DNA of 62,201 nucleotides, filler included, from 12 parts of 12 records of this genome joined end to end with filler, not necessarily neighbours in it, one strand, 5' to 3'; positions 44,873 to 57,463 are shown, counted from the whole stretch's first letter. Notes: generated by a model from the sequence alone, not told the origin. Numbers and translations: made by a program.

Positions 44873-47800
44873 TCACATCCCTTGCACTAGGTTCTCGCAC
44901 ATGATGAGCTTCTGCAGCGTGTGAATGCACGTGGCGTTGCGCTCGCCCAAGATGTCGCGCACCTCGCGATCAAGCTGATCATCATCGTCGTCATCGCCAA
45001 CAGCCCGCAGCCGCTGGTAAGCCGCGTGCAAGCAGTCCGCTCCAAGCAAGTGGTGCAGCTCGTCCCGCAGCTCTGCAATCCGTGACTCGAGGCCATGTGT
45101 CGTTAGCGGATCGCGTCCAGTCGGTTCAGGCACCCCAACTGCGTTGGGCTGCTCTGCACTACCTACAAGAGAAATGTCCTCCTCGATGTGTGGAGATGCA
45201 TGTCCGGTCTCATCGCCCGATTCCACAAGCACGCCGGCCATCAGGTCGCGCATCGAGTCGAACTGCCCCTCACGTTGCACCTGCGGCGCCAGAAGCACAT
45301 CACAAAGACCGCAATGCAGGACACAGAAATTAGATGTGGCAGAACAATCGATCGTTGCTGCCGTGAATTGCTCGCATTCTGCGCACCAGAACTTCTTCCT
45401 CGACAACTTCATTTGGGACGATCGTGTCGTAGTCGTCAAAAGTTTCGGCCGCATATTCGACAACGCCGTCCACACTGCCGTATACCTCCGGCTCAGGTTC
45501 TGCAAGTTCTTGCTCTGTTCCGCGGCCATCAATAGCGGGAGGGAGCTGCTGCCCGCCGCCGTCATCGCCATGAGCATTGTATCCTTCTCGCACTTCGAAC
45601 TCGTCCGAGGTAAGGTCTCCTGTCCGTGCTCGCGACGGAGATATCTCTGGCAGCTTGTGTTGGCCACCAACTGCATCCAGCGCCTGCTGCTGTTTCGCAC
45701 GCCAAGCAGCCTCTTTCTCCTTGGCAGTGGCGAAGGCGGCTGCCCGTGAACTGTCATCGTCGCCCTTTGCTGCACCTCCACTCCGAGCAGCACCTGGTGA
45801 TTGCTTCGCCGCGATGCGCTTCCTTTCCTCATGATTTTCTCGGCGGGCTTCCGCGAGCTGTTGCTCATGCGCCCGTCGTTCCGCATCCTGGCGCTCTCTT
45901 TTTTGGCGAAGCATTCGCTCGCGCGGGGCTTCATCTGCGTACTCATCAACCGCAGACGCCGTCGCCTGCCAAGGCTGTGACTCCTGGTGTGCCGGGTGCG
46001 CCATCTGATCGACAGGCGTAGCGTCAAAAGCTCCACCACCTCCGCCGCCACCACCACCACCATCCGCAGCTACAGCCTCTTGCTCTCTCTGTTCAGCTCG
46101 CTCGGATTCGAGTGCACGCTGCTTGTTGGCCTCGGCTTGACGCCTTGCATCTAAAGCATTCTGCCGCGTGTACTCGCGCAGCTCTGCTTCACGGGCCTTG
46201 GCTTGTTGTATGCGAGATTTTTCTCCCCCTTGGCCATACATGGCAGCACCAGATGGTTCATATTCCAGCTTTCTCCCCTTTGGATATTCATGGGCGCCTT
46301 CTCCCCCTCCTGCTCCTCCCCACCCTCCTCCTCCTCCACCTCCACCTCCACCACGTGATGGGCCTCGCACGCCGGCACGGCCGTACGGAGCTTGTGCAGA
46401 AGCAACTGGCCGGCCTTGCTGAGCCAAAGCCTGGAGCGCCTGCTCATTCTCACGCTGCTGCTGTTTGATGCGTCGCATGTGTTCCTCGCGGTCCCGAGCG
46501 GCTGCGAGGCCGTGCGGCCTCGCGCCGCCACCCTCAGCTCGTCTCTGTTGCGACGCCGGCCGTCGAGCTTGCTCTTCTTTGTATGCTGCTGCGCGCTGTT
46601 CACGTTTCGCGCGTTGCGCCTCCGCCACCTTTTTAGCCTCCATGGTCAACAGCCCTTCCTCGTCCGGCTGCGGACGAGACTGCTGCCGAGACGAAGGCTT
46701 GCGACCCTGTGCCGACCGCGGAGGCACATACCCACCCCCGCCGCCGCCTCGGTCTCGTGTCGAGGGCCTCCTCTCGGCCGCCGCGTCCCTGACGGCCGGT
46801 CGGACTCTTTCGGGCGCAGGTGCAGGGACGAGCCTCTGCCCTGGACCCACGCTGACCATCGGTTTCTGCCCATGCAAGACGGTGTGCGAGAACTCGCTCC
46901 TAGCTACGGACTCAGAGAGAAACTGGCGAATCCGATTCTGCATCACTGGCATTTTCAACACCTGGTTGATGTTTGGGCGCTTTGACGGATCGCGGTTAAG
47001 CATATCCGCAATCAGCCCGCGGAGCTCCGCGCTGAATATCGTCGGCGGTGGCGTATATTTTCCCCGCATGATCTTTAGCACCAGCGCATGCATGTTGCCA
47101 GCGTCGAACGCGTGCTTGAGCGTCGTCAGCTCGTACAGTACGCAGCCGAGGCTCCATATATCGCTTTTGTGGTCGTACGCTTTGTCCAGACAGATCTCCG
47201 GCGAAAGGTAGTAGGGCGTGCCAACTTGTGTCTTGGCCTTCTCGTTCGTATTGCTCAGCACTCGCGAGATGCCAAAATCCCCGACCTACGATAGCTACAG
47301 TGATCAGAACGTCGCGCCTGGGGAAAACAGCAGGCGAGGCTGGAGGCCTCGCACCTTGATGACCGTTCCGCCACGCGTCAAGAAAATGTTCTGTGTTTTG
47401 ATGTCGCGATGCAAGACCTTGCGGTCATGGACATGCTTCATGGCGAGACAGATCTGTACGAACCCTGCAGATCCGCAGAATTTGGCGCCAGTCACACGAG
47501 AGGCCGCGGCGACAGCGGCAGCGCCGGCGCCGGCGGTGGCGGGCGGCCAGCAGCGGCAGCTATGGAGCGACGGCGCAGCACGGGGCTGGGAGCAAGGCCG
47601 GCGGCCGCGAAGCTCACAGTTTAGAATCACTTCTTCCTTGAGCGGACGCCCCCTCTGTTTCTTGAGCCGCGCGTGCAAATCTCCATCCTCGGCCAGCTCC
47701 ATCTGCAGACACAGACAGCAGCGACGGAGACTTGAGGGCTGCGCGCTGTGTCACGATCGATGCCGCAGCACAGATCGCGTACCACAATGCACAGCGTGCC

Positions 47801-48019
47801 GTCCTCGATGAACTGGTCCTTATACTGGACGATATTCGGGTGGTTGAACTTCTTCAGCACCCGCGCTTCCGCGACGGCGGCGTCCCTCTCCTTGCGCGGC
47901 ATCCGTCGAACGTCCACCTTCTTCACACAGTACTTCGTGCTCCCCTGCTTCACCAGCACCACCGTGCCGAACGCCCCCGAGCCCAGCTCCTTGATCACCT
48001 CGTAGTCGCGCATCGACAT
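44873..48019 (-). CDS. NEK1: NIMA-related kinase, NEK1-like; 5 exons (introns 47703..47782, 47465..47617, 47286..47354, 45281..45386)
   Basis: [85 protein letters not shown]-terminal [13 protein letters not shown]...LIMCE resembles the NEK1 tail. All introns are GT-AG and in frame. Confidence 0.92.
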
Positions 48020-48054
48020 CCGATCAACAAAACCTCCAGCCACCGACCAACTCA

Positions 48055-48160
48055 AAATCAGGGCGACCACCACACCGTGCAGTACAATGACAAATCAGGG
48101 CGACCACCAGACCGAACAATGCCAAATCAGGGCGATCACCAGGGGCAATTTCAGGGCCGC
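48055..48160. repeat. Short direct repeats AAATCAGGGCGACCACCA (3 good copies, 1 degenerate) just upstream of the NEK ATG
   Basis: Copies at 48055, 48092, 48124 and about 48147; spacing 37/32/23 nt. Confidence 0.75.
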
Positions 48161-48256
48161 CGCTCCATCAGGCGCTTCATCACAGATAATCACCACATTC
48201 AGAATTCAGTCCACAGCCCCGGAGTCAGAATCACACATATTTCAATAGTGACCTTC

Positions 48257-48392
48257 GATAAAATGCCGCAATTCGAGACGGTCAACGGAGCGACCGGTAT
48301 TTATCAGTGATTTCTCTATGTAGGAAGCGAATCCAACCAGCCCAATCAGCCAACCTGGTGGTTCGATTCTCATTTCTGCAAAATCAAGCGCC
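48257..48392. repeat. Dispersed repeats A (48257..48286) and B (48371..48391) at contig end
   Basis: A matches 5369..5398 (27/30). B, CATTTCTGCAAAATCAAGCGC, is the exact reverse complement of 58445..58465. Confidence 0.8.
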
Positions 48393-48492
48393 NNNNNNNN
48401 NNNNNNNNNNNNNNNNNNNNNNNNNNNNNNNNNNNNTTAATTAATTAANNNNNNNNNNNNNNNNNNNNNNNNNNNNNNNNNNNNNNNNNNNN
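48393..48492. other. Artificial contig spacer
   Basis: N44-TTAATTAATTAA-N44. Confidence 0.99.
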
Positions 48493-48589
48493 CGCACAGC
48501 TTGCTGCTGGTGTTGAATATGAGAGAAGACAAGCCGAAGAAGCTGCAGCTCAGGTAGATTGGGATAGGACAGAGGCCCACGAAGGGGAG

Positions 48590-51374
48590 ATGGCACGGCT
48601 TAGAGCACTGCATCAGGAAGACAAGGCAAAGGTGCAAGAGCAATTGTCTGCCACAGAAGATCAGTTGTTCGAGCTCGAACAGGCCAATGATGAGCGCATA
48701 GCGGACCTTGAGCAGAAAGTCGCGCAGGCTCAGGCACAAACAGCCGAAGAGCGGAGACAGGTGCTAGCTCTACACGCGGAGCTATCAGGTACTAAAACAG
48801 CCCTCGATCAGGCTGGCGGTCAGTTTGCAGCGCAGCATGAGCACAGTGAGATGGAGATTGCCCAGGCCCAGGAAGTAGCCACAGCACGCGTGGCAGACCT
48901 AGAACAGAAAATTACTCGGGCGCAGGAACAATCAGCTGAAGAACAGAGACACGTGGCGGCTCTCCAGACTGAGCTTTCAGACACTAGAGCATCTCTTGAG
49001 GTGGCTTATGCCCGCGCAGCTACGATGGAGATGACGTCAGCGAGTTCGGATCGTCTGGCCGCGCAGCTCGAACAGAGTGAGCAAACTTTGAGAGAGGAGC
49101 AGATTCGTGCTGCAGCTGCGCTGAAAGAAGCTCAAGAAGCTACAGCCTCAGAGCTGACAGCACAGGGCACGTTGAAGCAGCTCCAGAAGCAATGGAGAGC
49201 AGAGATGGAGGAAATGGTGGAGCAGGCTGGGAAGATGCAGGCCGCTCTGGAACAACAGAGAGCTTCGACCGCTGCCTCCGATAGAGATCACGCGGAGTCT
49301 CTTGCGGCACTGCGTGGAGAAATCGAGGGGCATAACTCTGCAATGGTGGCACTTCGTGAACAGTGCGATGCTACCAAGGCTGAACGACACCACCTCAGCC
49401 GCGAACTTGTCGCGATGCAAGAAGACAACGAAGGTCTGAGGCGGCAGATGGACGCGGATGTGGCTGTGGAAACGCCCAGCGTCATTCAGGAGTCGACAGC
49501 ACACAAGACGGCAATCAACGCGAAGCAGGCTCAACTTGATCAGGCAGATGCCACTATTCAAGATCTGAGAGCGGAGCTGAGAGCAGCTCTGTCCGTATCC
49601 ACAGTTGCATCCAAACATGGCGGGGATGATGGCGGGACGACAGACGAGGAAGTGTTGCAAGAGGTGGCTGAGGCAAAGAACGTCGCAGAGGCAGCACAGG
49701 AGGACGCACAGCTAGCCCTTCATCAGGAGCAGCAACGGCACAAGCATACGCACAGTGAACTTGTCGCGATGCAAGAAGAAAACGAAGATCTATCACAGCA
49801 GCTGCAGGAAGCGCTGGATGATTTCCAGAAAATGGAAGACCAAAAGGCTGAGCTCACAAAGCGTGCAGATGCAGCAGAGGCTGAAGTATCGGCAATGAAG
49901 GCTGCGCAAGAGGCCATGGCCCTGGAGAACGAGCAGTTGAGGCAGCGAGTGGTGGTACTGGGCGAAGCCCTTGAGGAAGCACAGACGAACGCGGACGTGG
50001 CAGCGCAAGAAGCTGGAGAGCAGCTGGCATCTGTGGAGGCCAAAGCCGAGGATGCTATTGATGAGGCGAAACTCGAGGCCGACGCAGCTGTAGAGACAGC
50101 CAAGGATATGGCTGCCCAGCAACGCAGAAGGGATGCTGCGGAACTCGCTGAGGTGAAACATGCGCGAGACTCTCTATTCAAACAGACCGAAGAACTTCGA
50201 TTGCAGATCACGGTGTTGAAGTCGGAAATGGAGGCCAAACTGCAAGCGGCAGCAGCAGCATTAACCAAGGAAATGGCGGACGCCGAAGCAGCAAGGATTG
50301 AGGCGGTTGCACAGGCTCAGGCTGCGGGCAGGGCTGAAGGCAACGCAGAGACAGAGGCCCGCATGAACCCAGTACTGCAAGCGGAAGAAGCCAAAGTGAC
50401 CAAGGCTGTCAAGGATATGGAGACGCTAGCTTTACAACTTGCGGCTGCTGAGGACAGTGCCACTGCGGCACAGCAGGCTGCAAAAGCGGCGAACGAGTTG
50501 GCTGCTTCTGCCAAGGCTGCAAAATCCATCGCAGAGACGGCGGTACTCGTTGCGCAAGAGGAGGCCAAGGCGAGCATCGAGCGTGCAGCAGCAGCAGCTC
50601 AGGCAGAGGCCCGGGCTTCCTTAGAGGCGGAGAGAGAGAGAGTTAGCGCAACAGAACGTGAGCTATCCGCAGAACAGGCAGCGAGGCGATCTGCGGAGGC
50701 ATCTGCCAGCGAGAAGGCCGCCACCGACCGCGAACTGTCCGCGGCCCGCGCCGAGATCACACGCTACAAGACGCACCTGGAGGTTGCAGCTGCCGCTGCA
50801 CGGGAAGAGAGCGTGGCTCGCTGTGCTGCGGAGGCCAAGCAGCAAGAGCTGGAGGAAGTTATCGTGCTGCAGACCTCTCAGCTTGCGATGGCTGGACAAG
50901 CAGCGGCGGCAGCAGCAGACGAAGCTGCGAGGCGCGCGAAGGACGCTGGCGATGCAGCACTTCAACTTGAGCAAGAGCGCACACTTGCTGCGGAGCGAAG
51001 TGCTTCAGACGCATCGGCCACTGCAGCAGAAGGCGCCGTCGCGCTGAAGCAGCTGTTTGTGGTCCTGGGGCAGACCCAGGAGCAGGTAGAGCAACTGCGT
51101 CACCAGCTGCACGAAGAGCAGAAGGCTTCACATGGTGCAATGCAGGTGCGGCACCCGCCAGCCGCAACAACATGGTAGCGTTGTTTGTTGTTTAGTTCAG
51201 AGCAGTATTGTGCGTTTATGATGTGACGATCTTGTTGCGTTCTGCTTGATTATGGCACAGGAGGCCGAGCGTTCGCGAGCTGAGGCAGCACTCGCGAGCA
51301 GCTGGGCCGTCGCAAGCGTTCAGACTGCCCAACAGAGTGCTGTGCGCCATTCTGTGCGCTCACGGTTGCGATAG
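48590..51374 (+). CDS. Long Ala/Glu/Gln-rich coiled-coil protein, likely 5'-truncated; probable intron 51147..51260
   Basis: More than 850 aa of heptad-like sequence with internal repeats (RIADLEQKV/RVADLEQKI; ELVAMQEDNE/ELVAMQEENE); CAG|GTGCGG donor and CACAG|GAG acceptor. Confidence 0.75.
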
Positions 51375-51699
51375 GTGAGATGTGACAGTGGATCGCCGCT
51401 GCACTGGCCCGCCATGGTGCTGCGTGCCAGTTCTAACATGCGGCGTAGCTGTAGCTCTCCTCGGTTAGAAATGCCTCGCACTGCCAGCCGAGCCGGCGAG
51501 TGATGTGGAGTTGTGCGCAACAGGCGCTCGTTTCCAACTGTCAAATTTAGTCAGACGACCTTGCCGGCACAAGTCGAGCTGAACAGAGATGCGTGTTTCG
51601 TCGCTACAATGCATTCAAACAATGGTGCTTCATTCAATTCCGCAATACTCACGCGCCTGAACGCCGCTCTCGTTGAACCTGGAACGAGGGCGCACGAAG

Positions 51700-54600
51700 T
51701 TAACTCCACGTGTGACTGCCAAGGCCACTGCCCGAATGTTTTCCGCTGCTGCCATGCCCGCCAGCATGTCCGCCTTGGATTGCAGACACGCTCTGCGTCA
51801 ACTGAAGCGCAGCCGAGTCTTCGGTATATGCCGGAATTGTGTCCAGCACCCGAAGGACATGCTCCGATCCCGCGAACCCGGCAATGTCGTGCGCAGTTAG
51901 GTCTGCACCTGACATCTCTGTGTCCAGCCCGTGCCCCCGAGCCGTGATGGGCCCTGCGGAAGGTGCAGAGCGCACACGCGTATCGAACCGGCACCCAGTT
52001 TTGATGAACAGTTCCAGCAGCTCGCTCGCGCTTTTGCCACCATCGTCGCGCATCATCGCCATTTGGTGCAGGATATTGAAACCCCTCTTTTCAGGTATGC
52101 CATTGAGAAGGGGGTCTGGCATGAGACGCACACCACCCTGCGGGAGAACCAGACTCTGAAGCAGTTGCCAGTGACCATCTCTGGCCGCGTCGATCGCCGC
52201 ATGTTGCCATTCGGCTGGGTCATGCTGCAGATCAGCAGGCTCGATTGCGGGCGGCGCAGTGCCGCTGGCACCTCTAGGAGAAGCCACAGGCGGAACCGGG
52301 GCAGGGGGGCCACTCTGACCGTACCACTTCGTCGCTGCCGCACAGATTCTGTCCGGGAGTATGTCGGGATTTTGCAGTTCAGCGATAGTACTGCAAGCTG
52401 CGGCCGCGGGATCTCCAGACGCTGACAGACAGCCCGCGCCCTGCGTTGGGGCAAGCCAGTACTCGTTCCCGGGAAAAGAATTCGAATCCCACGCGTACAT
52501 CGCGACCAGCAATGGCTCTTTGAACTGATCGATGCAGTCCGAAGCGGACAGCTTCGCTGCAGGGTCACGCTTCGAGAACCGGATCCGCACATCGTGCCCA
52601 CCAGCGCAGTTTGCGAGCTGACCGTGCTGCGCGCCATTGCAGCCGCGCTGAGCACAAGCAGCCGGGAACCAGCTGAAGTCTACCGTCCCAATGTCGGGCA
52701 GTTCGAGATGGCTCAACAGCTCACCGACCACATCTACAAGGTAGACACCTTGCTGTTCCGTGACCATCCACACACCAAGGCCGAGCCCAACCATGTGGCA
52801 GTATGCCTCCTTTCCTTGCTCTGCCGCGCGTTCTTGTGCGTCCATCAGGAAAGGGCGCAGCACGGCCCGCATGCGTTCCTTGTAGACACGCACGTTCAAG
52901 AAACTTGCGTGTCCGACTTTGCAGTACAGGTCAGGTCCACCGGCGCTGGCTTCATCAAATGTCGGCAGATGAGGCAGACCGTAGAAGTTTGCCCACATCT
53001 CGAGCAGATCAGAGGCGTGCTGCACTGGTCCGTCGGCACGCGGGCCATAGCCGTTCTCGGCGGTGTTCTGCTCTTGGGTAACGTACATGTGCCGCCACTC
53101 CATCAGCCCCGGCCTTTCGAATCGCGCGCCTGCCAGGCCTATCAGAACACCTCGTTTCGTGTACGTAGCCGGTGGGCCGACCTGACCGTTGTTCCTGCGT
53201 CCGCCGTCGTTGATAAAGTGTGTCGGCACACTCATGCCCACAAGCGCGCTTAGGCACATTTCATCGTAGCTCTGCAGCTCGCGCAGCGTGAGAGGCCCAA
53301 CTCCCGTGTCGAAACTCGTGCCGATCGATTCGAAACCGCCGCGGCCCCGCTGGCCGGAGCGGAGCAGGAACGTATCGGTCTTCTCGCAGAACACCAAGGG
53401 CCGTTTGTGGAGGAGGCGATCAAGCAGACCGTCGGCATCCATAGCAGCGTACAGCTCTTGCTCTATCGTGCTCCCTGAGGCTTGTTTGATCCGCAGAAAC
53501 TCGCCCAGCAAATGCTGCACGCGCGCGTCTGCGACAGGACGAACGCCAGCGATGTGCTCCTCGGTCTGCCGTGCGAACTCCTCCCGTCCGACGCCAGCCG
53601 GAGGGTTGTAGACGAGTGTCGCCACGCGTTGCGTCTCGAGCGGGTGTCGGGGATACTCTAGGCCAGAATCGAACTCACGCGAGCGTTGGATCAGAGCTTC
53701 CACAGCTGGCGAGAGCACCAACGGCGGTCCGCCGTCAGCTGGAGCACCGGGAGGCCCTGAAGAGACCGCAGCCGCGCCGCCTGGCGCGCCCGCTCCAGCG
53801 CTTGGCGGCGGCTCGCCCTCTGCAGGGCCTCGGAACTCCTGCCACCAGCTGTCCGGCTTGCCCTCATGGCGCAACAGGAAGTCGAAGGCCGTGGTTGGGT
53901 CGTTTTCACACTGCGCCATCGCAATCTGGCACCTCCACTCTTTCCCGGGAAAGGACTCGAGCATGGCTCTCGGGAGCGCAGGCGCCGCCGCCGCTGCTGG
54001 TGCTGCGGCGGCGGCGGGCGGTGGGGCGACAGCGGCAGCCTGGGGCGCCGGCAGCCGCGGGACCCGTACTGGGAATCTGCCGCCAGGCACCGCGCCAGCT
54101 GGTACTTGCACACTAAGCGTCTGGCCGCCGTATGAGACTTGGACGGAATCGCCCGGTCGGGCACCCGCTGGACATGTGAGCGTCAGCGTCTTCATACCCT
54201 CCCTCAGATCCCTCTCCAGATCTCGCCATTGCTGCTCCGAACACTGTGCGCACTCCACGATGAAATCTCCCGCCCTCTGTCCACACAGACAACCGCAGCA
54301 AATTGCTCAGCGAGCACCACAGATCGACGGACAGCTGAGACCCCCAGCTTTCCATTGCCGCGCCAGAGCAAGCAAGCAGGCTGCGATATTCCCAGCGAGC
54401 GGCGCGCGAAGAAGAGCAAGGGGCTCTCATCGGTGACGTGGCCGAAAAATCGACTCCTGCTCTCTCTCGCAGCACCTCAACTTGCGCTACCCCCGCCTAC
54501 AGCGCGCGGGACTGGGAGTGCGCTGCGCTGCGCTGCCCAGCCAACTGTACGGGGGGGGGAAGAAACGGGGCGACCACTGTTCACAGCCAATACTGTATGG

Positions 54601-54702
54601 GAAGGGCCTCACCTGCACGTCCCCCCCCGCCTCCTCCATCGCAATATGGCACTTCCACTCCGCCACACCCATCCCCTGCGCCATCCGCAGCAGCTGCTCC
54701 AT
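51700..54702 (-). CDS. UBA-UBA-MavL-like (DUF4804) macrodomain-ankyrin-like protein; 2 exons (54702..54613, 54276..51700)
   Basis: Spliced N-terminus MEQLLRMAQGMGVAEWKCHIAMEEAGGDVQ|RAGDFIV (UBA1); MLESFPGKEWRCQIAMAQCENDPTTAFDFLL (UBA2); SYDEMCLSAL, THFINDGGRRNNG, GARFERPGLME, GLGLGVW, YAWDSNSFPGNEYW, SGDPAAAACSTIAELQNP (DUF4804/MavL); ankyrin-like helices at the C-terminus. Confidence 0.8.
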
Positions 54703-54771
54703 GACCCCCTCCCCTCCCCAGTCAATTGTAAGGAGGTGCTTTCGAAAAGTCCGCTTTTTCGCCCCAGTCAA
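54535..54771. repeat. Dispersed copies of repeat family C flanking exon 1 of the MavL-like gene
   Basis: CCCCAGTCAATTGTA at 54716..54730 is identical to 28360..28374; CAGCCAACTGTACGGG and CAGCCAATACTGTATGGG variants lie in the intron. Confidence 0.65.
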
Positions 54772-54871
54772 NNNNNNNNNNNNNNNNNNNNNNNNNNNNN
54801 NNNNNNNNNNNNNNNTTAATTAATTAANNNNNNNNNNNNNNNNNNNNNNNNNNNNNNNNNNNNNNNNNNNN
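54772..54871. other. Artificial contig spacer
   Basis: N44-TTAATTAATTAA-N44. Confidence 0.99.
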
Positions 54872-55059
54872 CGGTACCGCTGTATCTCTGGGTGGTGGCG
54901 GAGCAGCGGTGGTCCGCGGGTGGGTAGATAGTGCAGCCTTGTACCGTATGTAGGGGCAGGAGTGGCGCCACCAAGACCACCAGGTGGGTGCCGGAAGAGC
55001 GGCCAGAGCTGCACAGCGAGAGCGTAGCGGGAGAGGGCAGGTGGCAGTGGGAGCGCGCC

Positions 55060-57463
55060 ATGGTCGCCGCCGGCCCTGGCGAGAAGGACTATGAAGACAC
55101 GCAGTCTTGGCGACTGGCGCTGTTCTTCTTCTGTTTCGGCTTGGTGTCCGTGGGCACTGAGCACGTGCTGCATCAGCTGCTGCACTTGGTGACCGAGAAG
55201 CAGATGTTGGGCGTGCGCGACGTGATCAACAAGCTGAAGGACGAGCTGATGCTGCTTGGGTTCATCTCGCTGGTCCTGGTGCTGCTGCAGGACAGGATCC
55301 TTGCCGTCTGCGTGCCGCAGTGCGGTGCGATTTGGGGCAGCTGCTCTGAAGACTCGGGAAATGCGACCGACGATTCTCGGCGGATGCTGGCTGCCGCTGC
55401 GCCGATCGAGTGCGGGGAGGGCGAAGAGCAGTTCATCTCACTGACGGCGCTGCACCAAATCCACATTTTCATCTTCGTGCTCGCGGTGTCGCTGATCGGG
55501 ACGGGCTCCGCAGCTATGCTAACTGCCCTCGGCCGACTGCGCACGTGGGCCAAGTGGGAGAAGGAGCACGCCGAGTTTGACGCGCTGCTCGACGGCGACG
55601 TGAACGCCGATGCCCAGTGCGCCGCTAAATGGGAAGTGTTGGAACGGAGCCATTCGCGCTGCCTGTACCAGTCCTTGTGGATCCCGCTGTTTGGTGCTGA
55701 CAAGATAACGTTCTTGTACATGCGGCGGTTCTTCATTCGCAAACACAAACGTTCAAAGACATTTGGCTTCGCCAAATATGTCACAGGGTGCACCGAGGAC
55801 GAGTTCGCGCAGACCCTGGATATTGACGGGCAGGACTGGCTCCTTGCCATGCTTAGCGTAGCACTGAGAGAGTACTGGTTCACGGTGCGTCCGTTGCCTC
55901 TCGTTTTGTCTCCTTGCCCATGGATCTCCACTGATAGACTGTGCCGGTGCCGCGTCGCAGCTCTGGGCTTCTTGTCTGTCTCTCGGCCTCTCTGTCCTCT
56001 TGGGAGTCAAGCTCTCGGCTATCGCGCGGATGTTTGGGAGGGCTACACGCGACATGGCCACCGGCCATTTGGGATCGGGAACCCCGGACGCCAGCGCCAA
56101 GGAACAAGTAGTACTTGAGATGCAGTTGCTCGCAAACGCGAGACAGGCGTTCGACCAGGCAGATGCCGATTCTGGTGGGACACTTGACCGGGAGGAAGTC
56201 AGGAAGCTGCTGCTTGAGCTTGGGTGCGAGGTGCACGCTGATACCGACAATGAGTATTTCCTGGAGGTTTTCAAGCGTTTTGACATTGACAGCTCAGGTG
56301 CCCTCGAGTACGTGCCATGCTTCGTCTGGACCTAGATTAGCACACTCGCTCTTGCCGTGCACAGCCAATTGCACGAAGCTTCGTGGACTGGGAGTGTGGT
56401 AGCTCTTCGTTGTCGAATGATGCAGTCAAGCTTGTCCTGGTTGCAAGCCTTTGTGTCTGGTGCTTGATTCGGACGCGTATTCTGACTCGACTTCGGACGT
56501 TGGTGCAGATACGATGAATTTCTGCAGTGCTATAGGTTCATTCAGGCTAACAGAAACGATACGGAGGAAAGTGGCGGCACGGCGGAGACGCCGCAGAAAC
56601 GGAACCAGTCCTTACGCAGGTCGTTCACACCCAGAGCAGGCAACAAGCGCCGGCCGAACCTGAAGAGAGGACGGGTAACGTGGTGCTGCGGCAGTTTGGG
56701 GCCGCAGCTCTACCCAAACCGACTGCGCCCTCTGGTGAACTTCATCATCTTCCAGAACGCCATGGCGATGGCACAGATAATGTTCAACATCTGGCAGGTC
56801 GGCTCCAGCTCGGAGTACTTCGCAGAGCCTCAAGGAATACCTGGCGGCATGCTGCTTCTCCAGGGCTCCCTGTTCGTGTTGCAGATGGTGCACACGGCAC
56901 ATGTGCTGCTACCCACGTTCGCGCTGGTGCAACAGATGGGCAAGAACTACAACGCACGCTTGTTCGGAGAGGTGGCCGGCAAAGCGATCACGCAATGGGC
57001 AAACCGGGCCAAGAAGAAAGCCGAAGCGAAGTCCCATAATGGAGTGAAGAAGGGTCTCGTGGGAAGCCTTACAAAGACGCGAACAAAGGTGATCGGCTTG
57101 TCTCCAGCCCGGCTATCCGACAGAAAGAAGGATCAGTATGCCGTGGACGACCAGGACGGAGCGCACTCGGCGTCGGCTGAAAGCTGGGAGGATGAAGAGC
57201 CGCGCTCGAGCCTCGAGATGGAGATGGCACACATCACAGCAGCAGGCGACAGTAAGAACGCATCAGCGTCTGAGCTCCTGAGCCAGGGCAAGCTAGCGTG
57301 TTTGCCACCTGTGAGAGAACCCGTGACCGAACCCCTGAACATAGTGGGGCAGCCGCAGGCGAGTGACGCCGGTACGGATGACACGAGCTCGACGTTGCCG
57401 CCGGTCATCCCTCCCAGATCGCCGATGGCGCATCCGCTGGGTGTTCAGCGACAAAACCCGTAG
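55060..57463 (+). CDS. MLO: MLO-family seven-TM protein with an inserted EF-hand pair; 3 exons (introns 55885..55960, 56308..56508)
   Basis: KLKDELMLLGFISL, ALHQIHIFIFVLAV, WAKWE, FIRKH...FGFAKYV...EDEF, LLGVKL, IIFQNA, LPTFALVQQMG; EF loops DADSGGTLDREE and DIDSSGALEYDE. Confidence 0.92.

Noticed and set aside
48055-48160. Mini-CRISPR (repeat-spacer appearance)
   Set aside because: Repeats are only 18 nt and degenerate, spacers are short and irregular, and no cas genes are present.
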